Source of the DNA: Eledone cirrhosa
Taxonomy: Eukaryota
Length of the DNA: 64,000 bases
Assembly: GCA_964016885.1 (NCBI GenBank)
Contig: OZ024745.1
Coordinates: 19,778,001 to 19,842,000 of the forward strand
Direction: 5' to 3'
This document shows positions 14,401-28,945 of the stretch, piece by piece. How positions within the stretch are numbered: the stretch's first letter is position 1; every line of letters starts with the position of its first letter. Below the pieces are notes generated by a model. It was not told where the DNA came from, did no database searches, and saw only the letters and a program-made list of their open reading frames with translations. The position numbers and the translations under genes are program-made.

Positions 14401-17400
14401 ACCATCCAACTACCCATTCCCCCAACCATCCAACCACCCATCCCCCAACCATCCAACCACCCATTCCCCCAACCATCCAACCACCCATTCCCCCAACCAC
14501 CCATTCCCCCAACCATCCAACCACCCATTCCCCCAACCATCCAACCACCCATTCCCCTAACCATCCAACCACCCATTCCCCAACCATCCAACTACCCATT
14601 CCCCAACCATCCAACCACCCATTCCCCAACCATCCAACTACCCATTCCCCCAACCATCCAACTACCCATTCCCCCAACCATCCAACTACCCATTCCCCCA
14701 ACCACCCAACTACCCATTCCCCCAACCATCCAACCACCCATCCCCCAACCATCCAACTACCCATTCCCCCAACCATCCAACCACCCATTCCCCAACCATC
14801 CAAATACCCATTCCCCAACCATCCAACTACCCATTCCCCCAAACATCCAACTACCCATTCCCCCAACTACCCATTCCGCCAACCATCCAACTACCCATTC
14901 CCCCAACCATCCAACTACCCATTCCCCAACCATCCAACCACCCATTCCCCAACCATCCAACTACCCATTCCCCCAACCATCCAACTACCCATTCCCCCAA
15001 CCACCCAACTACCCATTCCCCAACCATCCAACCACCCATCCCCCAACTATCCAACCACCCATTCCCCCAACCATCCAACTACCCATACCCCCAACCATCC
15101 AACTACCCATTCCCCCAACCATCCAACTACCCATTCCCCCAACCACCCAACTACCCATTCCCCAACCATCCAACCACCCATCCCCCAACTATCCAACCAC
15201 CCATTCCCCCAACCATCCAACTACCCATACCCCCAACCATCCAACTACCCATTCCCCCAACCACCCAACTACCCATTCCCCAACCATCCAACCACCCATC
15301 CCCCAACCATCCAACCACCCATTCCCCCAACCATCCAACTACCCATTCCCCCAACCACCCAACTACCCATTCCCCAACCATCCAACCACCCATCCCCCAA
15401 CCATCCAACTACCCATTCCCCCAACCATCCAACTACCCATTCCCCCAACCACCCAACTACCCATTCCCCAACCATCCAACCACCCATCCCCCAACTATCC
15501 AACCACCCATTCCCCCAACCATCCAACTACCCATACCCCCAACCATCCAACTACCCATTCCCCCAACCATCCAACTACCCATTCCCCCAACCATCCAACC
15601 ACCCATCCCCCAACCATCCAACCACCCATTCCCCCAACCATCCAACCACCCATTCCCCCAACCACCCATTCTCCAACCATCCAACCACCCATTCCCCCAA
15701 CCATCCAACCACCCATTCCCCCAACCATCCAACCACCCATTCCCCCAACCACCCATTCTCCAACCATCCAACCACCCATTCCCCCAACCATCCAACCACC
15801 CATCCCCCAACCATCCAACCACCCATTCCCCCAACCATCCAACCACCCATTCCCCCAACCACCCATTCTCCAACCATCCAACCACCCATTCCCCCAACCA
15901 TCCAACCACCCATTCCCCAACCATCCAACCACCCATTCCCCAACCATCCAACCACCCATTCCCCCAACCATCCAACCACCCATCCCCCAACCATCCAACC
16001 ACCCATTCCCCCAACCATCCAACCACCCATTCCCCCAACCATCCAACCACCCATTCCCCCAACCATCCAACCACCCACCCCCCAACCATCCAACCACCCA
16101 TTCCCCCAACCATCCAACCACCCATTCCCCAACCATCCAACCACCCATTCTCCAACCATCCAACCACCCATTCCCCCAACCATCCAACCACACATTCCCC
16201 GAACCATCCAACCACCCATTCCCCCAACCATCCAACCACCCATTCCCCCAACCATCCAACCACCCATTCCCCCAACCATCCAACCACCCATTCCCCCAAC
16301 CATCCAACCACCCATTCCCCCAACCATCCAACCACCCATTCTCCAACCATCCAACCACCCATTCCCCCAACCATCCAACCAACCATTCCCCCAACCACCC
16401 ATTCTCCAACCATCCAACTACCCATTCCCCCAACCATCCAACCACCCATTCCCCCAACCATCCAACTACCCATTCCCCCAACCATCCAACCACCCATTCC
16501 CTCAACCATCCAACCACCCATACCCCCAACCATCCAACCACCCATTCCCCAACCATCCAACTACCCATTACCCCAATGATCCATTCCCCAAACATCCAAC
16601 TACCCATTCCACCAACCATCCAACCACCCATTCCGCAACCATCCAACCACCCATTCCCCAACCATCGAACTACCCATTCCCCCAACAATCCAACCACCCA
16701 TTCCCCAACCATCCAACTACCCATTCCCCAACCATCCGACCACCCATTCCCGAACCATCCAACCACCCATTCCCCAACCACACAACCACCCATTCCCCAA
16801 CCATCCAACCACCCATTCCCCAACCATCCAACTACCCATTCCCCAACCATCCAACTACCCATTCCCCAACCATCCAACCACCCATTCCATCAACCATCCA
16901 ACCGTCCATTCCCCAACCATCCAACCGTCCATTCCCCAACCATCCAACTACCCATTCCCCAACCATCCAACTACCCATTCCCCAACCATCCAACCACCCA
17001 TTCCCCAACCATCCGACCACCCATTCCCCCACCATCCAACCACCCATTCCCCAACCATCCAACTACCCATTCCCCCAACCATCCAACTACCCATTCCCCA
17101 ACCATCCAACCACCCATTCCCCAACCATCCAACTACCCATTCCCCCAAACATCCAACTACCCATTCCCCCAACTACCCATTCCGCCAACCATCCAACTAC
17201 CCATTCCCCCAACCATCCAACTACCCATTCCCCAACCATCCAACCACCCATTCCCCAACCATCCAACTACCCATTCCCCCAACCATCCAACTACCCATTC
17301 CCCCAACCACCCAACTACCCATTCCCCAACCATCCAACCACCCATCCCCCAACTATCCAACCACCCATTCCCCCAACCATCCAACTACCCATACCCCCAA

Positions 17401-20400
17401 CCATCCAACTACCCATTCCCCCAACCATCCAACTACCCATTCCCCCAACCACCCAACTACCCATTCCCCAACCATCCAACCACCCATCCCCCAACTATCC
17501 AACCACCCATTCCCCCAACCATCCAACTACCCATACCCCCAACCATCCAACTACCCATTCCCCCAACCACCCAACTACCCATTCCCCAACCATCCAACCA
17601 CCCATCCCCCAACCATCCAACCACCCATTCCCCCAACCATCCAACTACCCATTCCCCCAACCACCCAACTACCCATTCCCCAACCATCCAACCACCCATC
17701 CCCCAACCATCCAACTACCCATTCCCCCAACCATCCAACTACCCATTCCCCCAACCACCCAACTACCCATTCCCCAACCATCCAACCACCCATCCCCCAA
17801 CTATCCAACCACCCATTCCCCCAACCATCCAACTACCCATACCCCCAACCATCCAACTACCCATTCCCCCAACCATCCAACTACCCATTCCCCCAACCAT
17901 CCAACCACCCATCCCCCAACCATCCAACCACCCATTCCCCCAACCATCCAACCACCCATTCCCCCAACCACCCATTCTCCAACCATCCAACCACCCATTC
18001 CCCCAACCATCCAACCACCCATTCCCCCAACCATCCAACCACCCATTCCCCCAACCACCCATTCTCCAACCATCCAACCACCCATTCCCCCAACCATCCA
18101 ACCACCCATCCCCCAACCATCCAACCACCCATTCCCCCAACCATCCAACCACCCATTCCCCCAACCACCCATTCTCCAACCATCCAACCACCCATTCCCC
18201 CAACCATCCAACCACCCATTCCCCAACCATCCAACCACCCATTCCCCAACCATCCAACCACCCATTCCCCCAACCATCCAACCACCCATCCCCCAACCAT
18301 CCAACCACCCATTCCCCCAACCATCCAACCACCCATTCCCCCAACCATCCAACCACCCATTCCCCCAACCATCCAACCACCCACCCCCCAACCATCCAAC
18401 CACCCATTCCCCCAACCATCCAACCACCCATTCCCCAACCATCCAACCACCCATTCTCCAACCATCCAACCACCCATTCCCCCAACCATCCAACCACACA
18501 TTCCCCGAACCATCCAACCACCCATTCCCCCAACCATCCAACCACCCATTCCCCCAACCATCCAACCACCCATTCCCCCAACCATCCAACCACCCATTCC
18601 CCCAACCATCCAACCACCCATTCCCCCAACCATCCAACCACCCATTCTCCAACCATCCAACCACCCATTCCCCCAACCATCCAACCAACCATTCCCCCAA
18701 CCACCCATTCTCCAACCATCCAACTACCCATTCCCCCAACCATCCAACCACCCATTCCCCCAACCATCCAACTACCCATTCCCCCAACCATCCAACCACC
18801 CATTCCCTCAACCATCCAACCACCCATACCCCCAACCATCCAACCACCCATTCCCCAACCATCCAACTACCCATTACCCCAATGATCCATTCCCCAAACA
18901 TCCAACTACCCATTCCACCAACCATCCAACCACCCATTCCGCAACCATCCAACCACCCATTCCCCAACCATCGAACTACCCATTCCCCCAACAATCCAAC
19001 CACCCATTCCCCAACCATCCAACTACCCATTCCCCAACCATCCGACCACCCATTCCCGAACCATCCAACCACCCATTCCCCAACCACACAACCACCCATT
19101 CCCCAACCATCCAACCACCCATTCCCCAACCATCCAACTACCCATTCCCCAACCATCCAACTACCCATTCCCCAACCATCCAACCACCCATTCCATCAAC
19201 CATCCAACCGTCCATTCCCCAACCATCCAACCGTCCATTCCCCAACCATCCAACTACCCATTCCCCAACCATCCAACTACCCATTCCCCAACCATCCAAC
19301 CACCCATTCCCCAACCATCCGACCACCCATTCCCCCACCATCCAACCACCCATTCCCCAACCATCCAACTACCCATTCCCCAACCATCCAACTACCCATT
19401 CCCTAACCATCCAACCACCCATTCCCTCAACCAAATAACCGTCCATTTCCCAACCATCCATCCGTCCATTCCCCAACCATCCAACCACCCATTCCCCAAC
19501 CATCCAACTACCCATTCCCCAACCATCCAACTACCCATTCCCCCAACCATCCAACTACCCATTCCCCCCAACCATCCAACTACCCATTCCCCCAACCATC
19601 CAACCACCCATTCCCCAACCATCCAACCACCCATTCCCCAACCATCCTAGTACCCATTCCCCCAACCATCCAACCACCCATTCCCTCAACCATCCAACTG
19701 TCCATTCCCCAACCATCCAACTACCCATTCCCCAACCATCCAACTACCCATTCCCCAACCATCCAACTACCCATTCCCCCAACCATCCAACCACCCAATC
19801 CCCCAACCATCCAACCACCCATTCCCCCAACCATCCAACCACCCATTCCCCAACCATCCAACTACCCATTCCCCAACCATCCAACTACCCATTCCCCAAC
19901 CATCCAACCACCCATTCCCCCAACCATCCAACCACCCATTCCCCAACCATCCAACTGTCCATTCCCCAACCATCCAACTACCCATTCCCCAACCATCCAA
20001 CTACCCATTCCCCAACCATCCAACTACCCATTCCCCAACCATCCAACTACCCATTCCCCCAACCATCCAACTACCCATTCCCCAACCATCCAACCACCCA
20101 TTCCCCCAACCATCCAACCACCCATTCCCCAACCATCCAACTACCCATTCCCCAACCATCCAACTACCCATTCCCCAACCATCCAACTACCCATTCCCCC
20201 AACCATCCAACTACCCATTCCCCAACCATCCAACCACCCATTCCCCCAACCATCCAACCACCCATTCCCCAACCATCCAACTACCCATTCCCCAACCATC
20301 CAACCACCCATTCCCCAACCATCCAACCACCCATTCCCCAACCATCCAACCATCCAACCACCCATTCCCCCAACCACCCATTCTCCAACCATCCAACCAC

Positions 20401-23400
20401 CCATTCCCCAACCATCCAACCACCCATTCCCCCAACCATCCAACCACCCATTCCCCCAACCACCCATTCTCCAACCATAACCACCCATTCCCCCAACCAT
20501 CCAACCACCCATTCCCCCAACCATCCAACCACCCATTCCCCCAACCACCCATTCTCCAACCATCCAACCACCCATTCCCCCACCATCCAACCACCCATTC
20601 CCCTAACCATCCAACCACCCATTCCCCCAACCACCCATTCTCCAACCATCCAACCACCCATTCCCCCAACCATCCAACCACCCATTCCCCAACCATCCAA
20701 CTACCCATTCCCCAACCATCCAACTACCCATTCCCCAACCATCCAACTACCCATTCCCCCAACCATCCAACCACCCATTCCCCCAACCATCCAACCACCC
20801 ATTCCCCCAACCATCCAACCACCCATTCCCCAACCATCCAACTACCCATTCCCCAACCATCCAACTACCCATTCCCCAACCATCCAACCACCCATTCCCC
20901 CAACCATCCAACCACCCATTCCCCAACCATCCAACTGTCCATTCCCCAACCATCCAACTACCCATTCCCCAACCATCCAACTACCCATTCCCCAACCATC
21001 CAACTACCCATTCCCCAACCATCCAACCACCCATTCCCCCAACCATCCAACCACCCATTCCCCAACCATCCAACTACCCATTCCCCAACCATCCAACCAC
21101 CCATTCCCCAACCATCCAACCACCCATTCCCCAACCATCCAACCACCCATTCCCCCAACCACCCATTCTCCAACCATCCAACCACCCATTCCCCAACCAT
21201 CCAACCACCCATTCCCCCAACCACCCATTCTCCAACCATCCAACCACCCATTCCCCCAACCATCCAACCACCCATTCCCCCAACCATCCAACCACCCATT
21301 CCCCCAACCACCCATTCTCCAACCATCCAACCACCCATTCCCCCAACCATCCAACCACCCATCCCCCAACCATCCAACTACCCATTCCCCCAACCATCCA
21401 ACCACCCATTCCCCCAACCACCCATTCTCCAACCATCCAACCACCCATTCCCCAACCATCCAACCACCCATTCCCCAACCATCCAACTACCCATTCCCCA
21501 ACCATCCAACCACCCATTCCATCAACCATCCAACCACCCATTCCCCAACCATCCAACCGTCCATTCCCCAACCATCAACCGTCCATTCCCCAACCATCCA
21601 ACCACCCATTCCCCAACCATCCAACCACCCAACTACCAACCATCCAACCACCCATTCCCCAACCATCCAACTACCCATTCCCCAACCATCCAACCACCCA
21701 TTCCCCAACCATCCAACCACCCAACTACCCAACCATCCAACTACCCATTCCCCAACCATCCAACCACCCATCCCCCAACCATCCAACCACCCATTCCCCC
21801 AACCATCCAACCACCCATTCCCCCAACTACCCATTCCCCCAACCATCCAACCACCCATCCCCCAACCATCCAACTACCCATTCCCCCAACCATCCAACCA
21901 CCCATTCCCCAACCATCCAACTACCCATTCCCCAACCATCCAACTACCCATTCCCCAACCATCCAACTACCCATTCCCCCAACCATCCAACTACCCATTC
22001 CCCCAACCACCCATTCCCCCAACCATCCAACTACCCATTCCCCCAACCATCCAACTACCCATTCCCCAACCATCCAACCACCCATTCCCCAACCATCCAA
22101 CTACCCATTCCCCCAACCATCCAACTACCCATTCCCCCAACCACCCAACTACCCATTCCCCAACCATCCAACCACCCATCCCCCAACTATCCAACCACCC
22201 ATTCCCCCAACCATCCAACTACCCATACCCCCAACCATCCAACTACCCATTGCCCCAACCACCCAACTACCCATTCCCCAACCATCCAACCACCCATCCC
22301 CCAACTATCCAACCACCCATTCCCCCAACCATCCAACTACCCATACCCCCAACCACCCAACTACCCATTCCCCAACCATCCAACCACCCATCCCCCAACT
22401 ATCCAACCACCCATTCCCCCAACCATCCAACTACCCATTCCCCCAACCACCCAACTACCCATTCCCCAACCATCCAACCACCCATCCCCCAACTATCCAA
22501 CCACCCATTCCCCCAACCATCCAACTACCCATTCCCCCAACCATCCAACCACCCATCCCCCAACCATCCAACCACCCATTCCCCCAACCATCCATTCTCC
22601 AACCATCCAACCACCCATTCCCCAACCATCCAACCACCCATTCCCCCAACCACCCATTCTCCAACCTTCCAACCACCCATTCCCCCAACCATCCAACCAC
22701 CCATTCCCCCAACCATCCAACCACCCATTCTCCAACCATCCAACCACCCATTCCCCCAACCATCCAACCACCCATCCCCCAACCATCCAACCACCCATTC
22801 CCCCAACCATCCAACCACCCATTCCCCCAACCACCCATTCTCCAACCATCCAACCACCCATTCCCCCAACCATCCAACCACCCATTCCCCAACCATCCAA
22901 CCACCCATTCCCCAACCATCCAACCACCCATTCCCCCAACCATCCAACCACCCATCCCCCAACCATCCAACCACCCATTCCCCCAACCATCCAACCACCC
23001 ATTCCCCCAACCATCCAACCACCCATCCCCCAACCATCCAACCACCCATTCCCCCAACCATCCAACCACCCATTCCCCAACCATCCAACCACCCATTCCC
23101 CAACCATCCAACCACCCATTCCCCCAACCATCCAACCACCCATTCCCCCAACCATCCAACCACCCATTCCCCCAACCATCCAACCACCCATTCCCCCAAC
23201 CATCCAACCACCCATTCCCCCAACCATCCAACCACCCATTCCCCCAACCATCCAACCACCCATTCCCACAACCATCCAACCACCCATTCCCCCAACCATC
23301 CAACCACCCATTCCCCCAACCATCCAACCACCCATTCCCCCAACCATCCAACCACCCATTCCCCCAACCATCCAACCACCCATTCCCCAACCATCCAACC

Positions 23401-23520
23401 ACCCATTCCCCCAACCATCCAACCACCCATTCCCCAACCATCCAACCACCCATTCCCCCAACCATCCAACCACCCATTCCCCCAACCACCTAACCACCCA
23501 ACCATCCATCCATCCATCCA
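11495..23520. repeat. C-rich 23/24-bp minisatellite CCAACCATCCAAC(C/T)ACCCATTCC(C), about 500 units
   Basis: About 12 kb of direct tandem repetition. All Pro/His-rich and Gly/Trp-rich ORFs in this interval are its translations. Confidence 0.97.
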
Positions 23521-23764
23521 ACAACAACAACAACAATCAGACACAGACAACAACAACAACCACCACAGCAGTAACAATGAGAAAGAGACAACTACAACAA
23601 CTACAGCAGTACCAACAACAACTTATCAGAGTTGTGAGAAATAAGGCCAAAGTTTGCAACAATAATCCTGTCTTTCAGATGAAATATAGACTGGAGTGAG
23701 TTAGAGTTTCATTGTAGGAATCGGGGCAAATGGAAGTCTAACTAGAATCTTCTTCAATTGCAAT

Positions 23765-24232
23765 ACACAGCTGAACTTCTCTCATATATACAGCTGATAT
23801 CCTCTCATATATGCAACCGATATCCACTCATACACAGCTGATGCACTCGTGTACACAACTAAAATCCTTATACAGCTGATATCCTCTCATATAAAGCTGA
23901 TATCTTCTCATACACAGCTGATATCTTCTCATATAAAGCTGATATTCTCTCATATACACAACTGATATCCTTTCATATAGCTGATATCTTCTCATACACT
24001 GCTGATATTCTCCCATACGCAGCTGACATCCACTCAGACACTGCTGATATCCTCCCATACACAACTGATATTTTTCCATACACTGCTGATATCCACGCAT
24101 ACACTACTGATATCCTCCCATACACAACTGATATTTTTCCATACACTGCTGATATCCACACATACACTGCTGATATCCTCCTATACACAACTGATTTTCT
24201 CCCATACACAGCTGATATCCTCTCATACACAG
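23765..24232. repeat. Degenerate 21-bp minisatellite (CATACACAGCTGATATCCTCT)
   Basis: CTGATAT recurs about every 21 bp. Confidence 0.85.
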
Positions 24233-24363
24233 TTGAAGTTAATATAAAGATGTCTTTAAGGATTTTCACCCTATTTTATAGCATCCCTGAACACATCACT
24301 CTTTATACTAACTTTATCCTCTCAGTGCTTTGTAAAAGTCAGAGAGATTGGCTATGTATATGT

Positions 24364-24754
24364 ATCATCATCATCATTATTATTTTACGTCCGCTTTTCT
24401 CTGCTTGCAAGGGTGGGACGGGAACTGATTCTGGCTTGATTTCTATAGCTGGATGCCCTTCCTAACACCAACCTCATTTACAGTGAGTGCTGGGTGCTTT
24501 TTTTCCGTGGCACCTACACGTCTACTTTACAGTGTGGGCTGGGTGCTTTTTTGCCATGGCACCTCCACGACCACTTTTGCAGTGGAATGATAGGGACCCC
24601 AGTCCTATCATCTCATTTCTACAGCTGAGTAAACTGGAGCAATGTGGAATAAAGTGTCTTGCTCAAGGAAACAACATATCACCTGGTCCAAGAATTGAAC
24701 TCACAACCTTTCGATTGCAAGGCCAATGCTCTAACCACTAAGCCATGTGCCCCC
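24364..24754 (-). mobile_element. tRNA-derived CORE-like SINE with RTE 3' tail
   Basis: The minus strand has A box TGGCTTAGTGG, B box GTTCAATTC, CORE-like CCTTGAGCAAGACACTT, and a tail matching the RTE end at 44.57 kb followed by (GAT)n. Near-identical to 46953-47280. Confidence 0.88.
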
Positions 24755-25810
24755 ATATATATTAATATTTATTTGACATAAGTCAAAAGGTTTAATATAG
24801 AAGATAAAATATAATAACACAGATGAAATAGATAAGCAATAAGCAATAATAGAATACAGAACATTAAGTATATATAAATATATGAAGAACAAGTACCCAG
24901 CCCAAACCTGTCAGATGGTTGTTTTGGCACCACAATAAAAAGCTGCCAGTCCATGTTGTAAAGTGGTTGTCTTAGTGCCCCGATAAAAAGCCCACAGTCA
25001 CCACTTTCAATACAAATTTAACTTTAGAACCTGATTAAAAAGATAATAGGCAATTATATACATATACTATATGTGTGAGAATATTCTTAACGCCATATAT
25101 ATAATATTCTTCTATACTCACATAGGACATTACTAAATATTTTCAAATCTTTCTCTTATAAATAACTGAACAAACTACCCTAACTTTATAAAGAAAATCT
25201 TTAACAACCCCTTCTGTAATCAATTCCTAGTTATAATATACTTTTTCCTGAAAAGAAAACCACTGATAAATTTATAAACTTGCATGTTTGAAAACCTTGT
25301 ACAAGCTTATCCTAAATTTGCACTTGAGATTTAACTGCCTGTCTAAAAGCTCCATACTTTGAATTCTTTTTCATTTTCTTGACATTTGTCTTATGATATT
25401 AATTTATTGTTATTTTGTTATATATATTTCCTGGAGAGGTACAGTTGGGATAAAGCCTCCATAATGAAGTTAATTTTTAACCGGTAATTTCCAGTTTCTC
25501 TGCAAATGAATGTGATATTCTAGCCATGTTGAAACGTTTATAGAGATGTAGAAATAAATAATAATTTCCTATCCTTGACTTTCTTAAAATTATGAATTTT
25601 AAATTTCTCTGCTACCTGAACTGCCCTTAATCATCCTGGTTTTCACTCCTGAAAACCAGGATCAAAGTGCATCAAGCTTATCTCATCTAATAATGAAAAT
25701 AGTGAAGTACTACGCTATAACCTCATATATTATATACATATAACAGAAACATTTTTTTTTCATATGTAAATGAAACTTCCTCATTTTTTCTATTATATAC
25801 ACTCTTCCTG

Positions 25811-25840
<30 letters not shown>

Positions 25841-25841
<1 letters not shown>

Positions 25842-25899
25842 CGTTATTCCGGGTTGAATCAGAGGTAACCACAGTAAGTAAGGTACTCAATATATAGCA
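25841..25899 (-). mobile_element. Tail fragment of hammerhead element family A
   Basis: Reverse complement of the tail at 38395-38451 (TATTGAGTACCTTACTTACTGTGGTTACCTC...AACCCGGAATAACGT), next to (TA)n. Confidence 0.8.
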
Positions 25900-25930
25900 T
25901 GGGTATATGGGTATATATATATATATATAT

Positions 25931-25962
25931 ACCCATGATAGCATGGAAGATAGACATTAAAC

Positions 25963-26022
<60 letters not shown>
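25931..26022 (+). mobile_element. Extreme 3' tip of an RTE-type element with (GAT)n tail
   Basis: ACCCATG.TAGCATGGAAGATAGACATTAAAC(GAT)n. Related tips occur at about 26200, 35950, 57530 and 60470. Confidence 0.75.
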
Positions 26023-26172
26023 ATAAACGAGGAAGTTTCGTTTACATATAAAAGATATTTATTGTGGATCAACCTGTTACACGCATTTCACAGAGGATTG
26101 GCTCAAGGTCACCCATAAGAGTTATGGACCTGACTCCACTATCGATCTGCTCCCCAGACTGGCGATGTGACA
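26023..26172 (-). mobile_element. Dispersed repeat family D with a degenerate hammerhead-like motif
   Basis: Homologous to 56715-56830 (+). The minus strand reads CTGGGGA-gcag...ctgt-GAAA-tgcgtg-TA; the other copy has GAAA-cacgtg-TA. Confidence 0.5.
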
Positions 26173-26442
26173 AAAAAAAATATATATATATATATATATC
26201 ATCATCAGCGTTTAATGTCTATCTTCCATGCTAGCATGTATATGTATTTATATAACTGGTCTCAATGCCTAGTTATTCTATTATTCAATATATATACAAT
26301 AAGATATAGAATTGTTTCTAAATCTGCAAGTGGTTTGCTATTAAAGGTACATATCAATCCTTAAACCAAAAGATAGAATCAATGAAATTTATTAAGTAGA
26401 GCCCTTGTAATTTAATCTATTGGAAATCCTTTCATATAACTT

Positions 26443-26983
26443 TTAACTCTTCTAATACAATATTTCAAATGTTGCCTGAGATCTTCAATTAATATTGAAA
26501 ATCTCGAAGAATTTTGAGGGATTTAGTAAAGTAACTTATTTTTTCATTATCAAATTGGTGTTTAAGTGTAAACTCTAAAGTCTGTCTTCAACTCGGAGGA
26601 ACATCAGGCTGGTGCATATCCCGGTTTCCGTGGCATTAAGCAACTGAGAGTACAAGACTTCCCCCTGGACAGAATGCCAGTCCATCACAAGGTTAAACCC
26701 CCAGCTATTGTTGGTACTCATTTTCTTTTAGCTGAGTATACTGGAGCAATGTGAAATGAAGTGTATTGCACAAGAATACAACACACAACCCAGTCCAGGA
26801 ATCAAACCCATCACATTATGATCATAAATTCAACACACTTACCACTGGTGTTGAAACACAACACATTTCTTTTACATAAAATTATGATAGTATGTTTAAA
26901 TTTAAGAAGAACACTTTAAAACAAATAACTTTGCTTCATCTACCCAGAGATAGTTTAAGACAGTTTAGTATTAATAGGGTTAA
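26443..26983. mobile_element. piggyBac-like MITE interrupted by a SINE
   Basis: Ends TTAA-CTCTTCTAATAC and GTATTAATAGGG-TTAA. Internal similarity to 10320-10536 (GGATTTA.TAAA...TTTCATTA). Confidence 0.5.
26595..26848 (-). mobile_element. CORE-like tRNA SINE, older subfamily
   Basis: Shares GCTGAGTA.ACTGGAGCAATGTG.AAT.AAGTGT.TTGC.CAAG with 24620-24670. B-box-like GGTTTGATTCC on the minus strand. Confidence 0.75.
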
Positions 26984-27024
26984 AATTTGTAAGATGTTAC
27001 AACTAATCTGCACAAATAAATATA

Positions 27025-27241
27025 TACGAGGGTTAGCTGAAAAGTTCATAGGTTGTAAAGTTCATAGGCTGACTAAGAGACTCTCATGGAATGACCGAAT
27101 GAGGTTAATATTTCAACATAGTCCCTGGAAGAAACAATGCAGTTATTAATAAGAAGAGTTGAAATTAATACATGCAAGATTCCACAGCTCTAGCATCACT
27201 CCATCATAGCCAGCCTACGAACTGTTCAGCCTACCCTCATA
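27025..27241. mobile_element. Mariner-derived MITE, copy 2
   Basis: TACGAGGGTTAGCTGAAAAGTTCATAGG ... CCTACGAACTGTTCAGCCTACCCTCATA. Confidence 0.9.
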
Positions 27242-27414
27242 TTTACAGAAATATATAAATAACTTTATAAATAACACATTCAAAGTGGAAATATTGAAAT
27301 CTAGTTTGATAAGATTTTATGTAAATTTAGGGTATTGTCAGATCATATTTAACAAAACATGTTTTGAAATGAAAACTAAAATTTTCTGAACTATGTCTAA
27401 TTCAAGGTGTGTGT

Positions 27415-27446
<32 letters not shown>

Positions 27447-27609
27447 ACACTAATGTGGTGTAATTAATTTGGTATACAAACTGGGAGATTATATTGATTA
27501 AAGAGCTTGGTCATCAAAGAAAAATAATTTTATATATATATATACATGGTACATATAGTTATATGTATATGCATGTATACCCCACCCTATATAAATAAAA
27601 TATGGAAAA

Positions 27610-28140
27610 GTCTACACTGTAAAGTGGTCCTGTAGGTGTCATGACAAAAAACACCCACTCCACACTGTAAAGTGGTCCTGTAGGTGTCACGACAAAAAGC
27701 ACCTAGTCCACACTGTAAAGTGGTCATGTAGGTGTCATGACAAAAAGCACCCAGTCCACACTGTAAAGTGGTCATGTAGGTGTCATGACAAAAAGCACCC
27801 AGTCCACACTGTAAAGTGGTCATGTAGGTGTCATGACAAAAAGCACCCAGTCCACACTGTAAAGTGGTCCTGTAGGTATCATGACAAAAAGCACCCAGTC
27901 CACACTGTAAAGTGGTCCTGTAGGTGTCATGACAAAAAGCTCCTAGTCTACACTGTAAAGTGGTCCTGTAGGTGTCACGACAAAAAGCACCTAGTCCACA
28001 CTGTAAAGTGGTCATGTAGGTGTCACGACAAAAAGCACCTAGTCCACACTGTAAAGTGGTCATGTAGGTGTCATCACAAAAAGCACCCTGTCCACACTGT
28101 AAAGTGTTAGGAGTTAGGAAGGGCATCCAGCCATAGAAAC
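27610..28140 (+). repeat. 48-bp tandem array (about 10 units) expanded from an RTE/SINE internal subrepeat
   Basis: Unit AGTCCACACTGTAAAGTGGTCATGTAGGTGTCATGACAAAAAGCACCC runs into GTTAGGAAGGGCATCCAGC, the motif that follows 1-3 such units in the dispersed copies. Confidence 0.9.
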
Positions 28141-28239
28141 CTAGCTAAAATCAGTTCTGTATGAGCAAAACATGGTCCTCTGACCTGGCTGTCAGAAAGT
28201 AGAAAGTTTTAACTAAACACCATAGATCATTTTGTCAAT

Positions 28240-28504
28240 ACACACACAAACGCACACACACATGCACACACACATACAGACATGCACACTTGTATGCATG
28301 TGTATATACACATGCATACAAGTACACAGGCATGTGCACACAAACATGTACACACAAACATGTACATATACATGTACACACACACACATGTACACACACA
28401 TGTACACACGTACACGTACATACACATGTACACACACACACACACACACGCACACACACACGCACACACACACACGTACACACGTACACACACATACACA
28501 CACA
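28240..28504. repeat. (CA)n-derived compound microsatellite
   Basis: Visible CA/TACA repeats. Confidence 0.9.
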
Positions 28505-28819
28505 GATCATCACCTCACAAAGTTTTTTAAAAGTTTATTTGGAGTTGCAAGGAATATAGATAATATCTATAAACAGGTACAATCCACACAGACTCTGCAA
28601 CAGGATGTCTAAGATGCCCTCAACCACCTAGATAGCACAGCAATATACTAGAGAAGTACATACACTATACATTAAATTATTCCTTTTGCCATATGGTTTG
28701 AAAGACACACCTAACATAAACTCTAAACATCCTGTCTTAAACTACCTCCGTGTCATAGGTCTGTTCAGTCAAACATGGAGCTACATGACATCAACAACAA
28801 CAACAATTAAATTCACCCC

Positions 28820-28945
28820 ATGGTCTAAACATGATCCTAATGTCATGGGTTCAATTCCTGGATGGGCTGTTTATTGTTGTGTTCTTGAGCAAAACACTTC
28901 ATTTCACGTTGCCCCAGTATACTCAACTCAGCTGAAAATGAGTTA
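28820..28945 (+). mobile_element. CORE-like SINE fragment
   Basis: GGTTCAATTCC B box followed by TGTGTTCTTGAGCAAAACACTTCATTTCACGTTGC...CTCAGCTG. Confidence 0.75.

Noticed and set aside
11440-23644. Many Pro/His-rich and Gly/Trp-rich ORFs up to 769 aa
   Set aside because: Mixed 23- and 24-bp units shift frame constantly, and the lack of stops is compositional.
25895-25940. Third 5' fold-back at an RTE tip (CATGGGT / ACCCATG)
   Set aside because: The arm is too short and overlaps the family A tail and (TA)n, so it could be chance.
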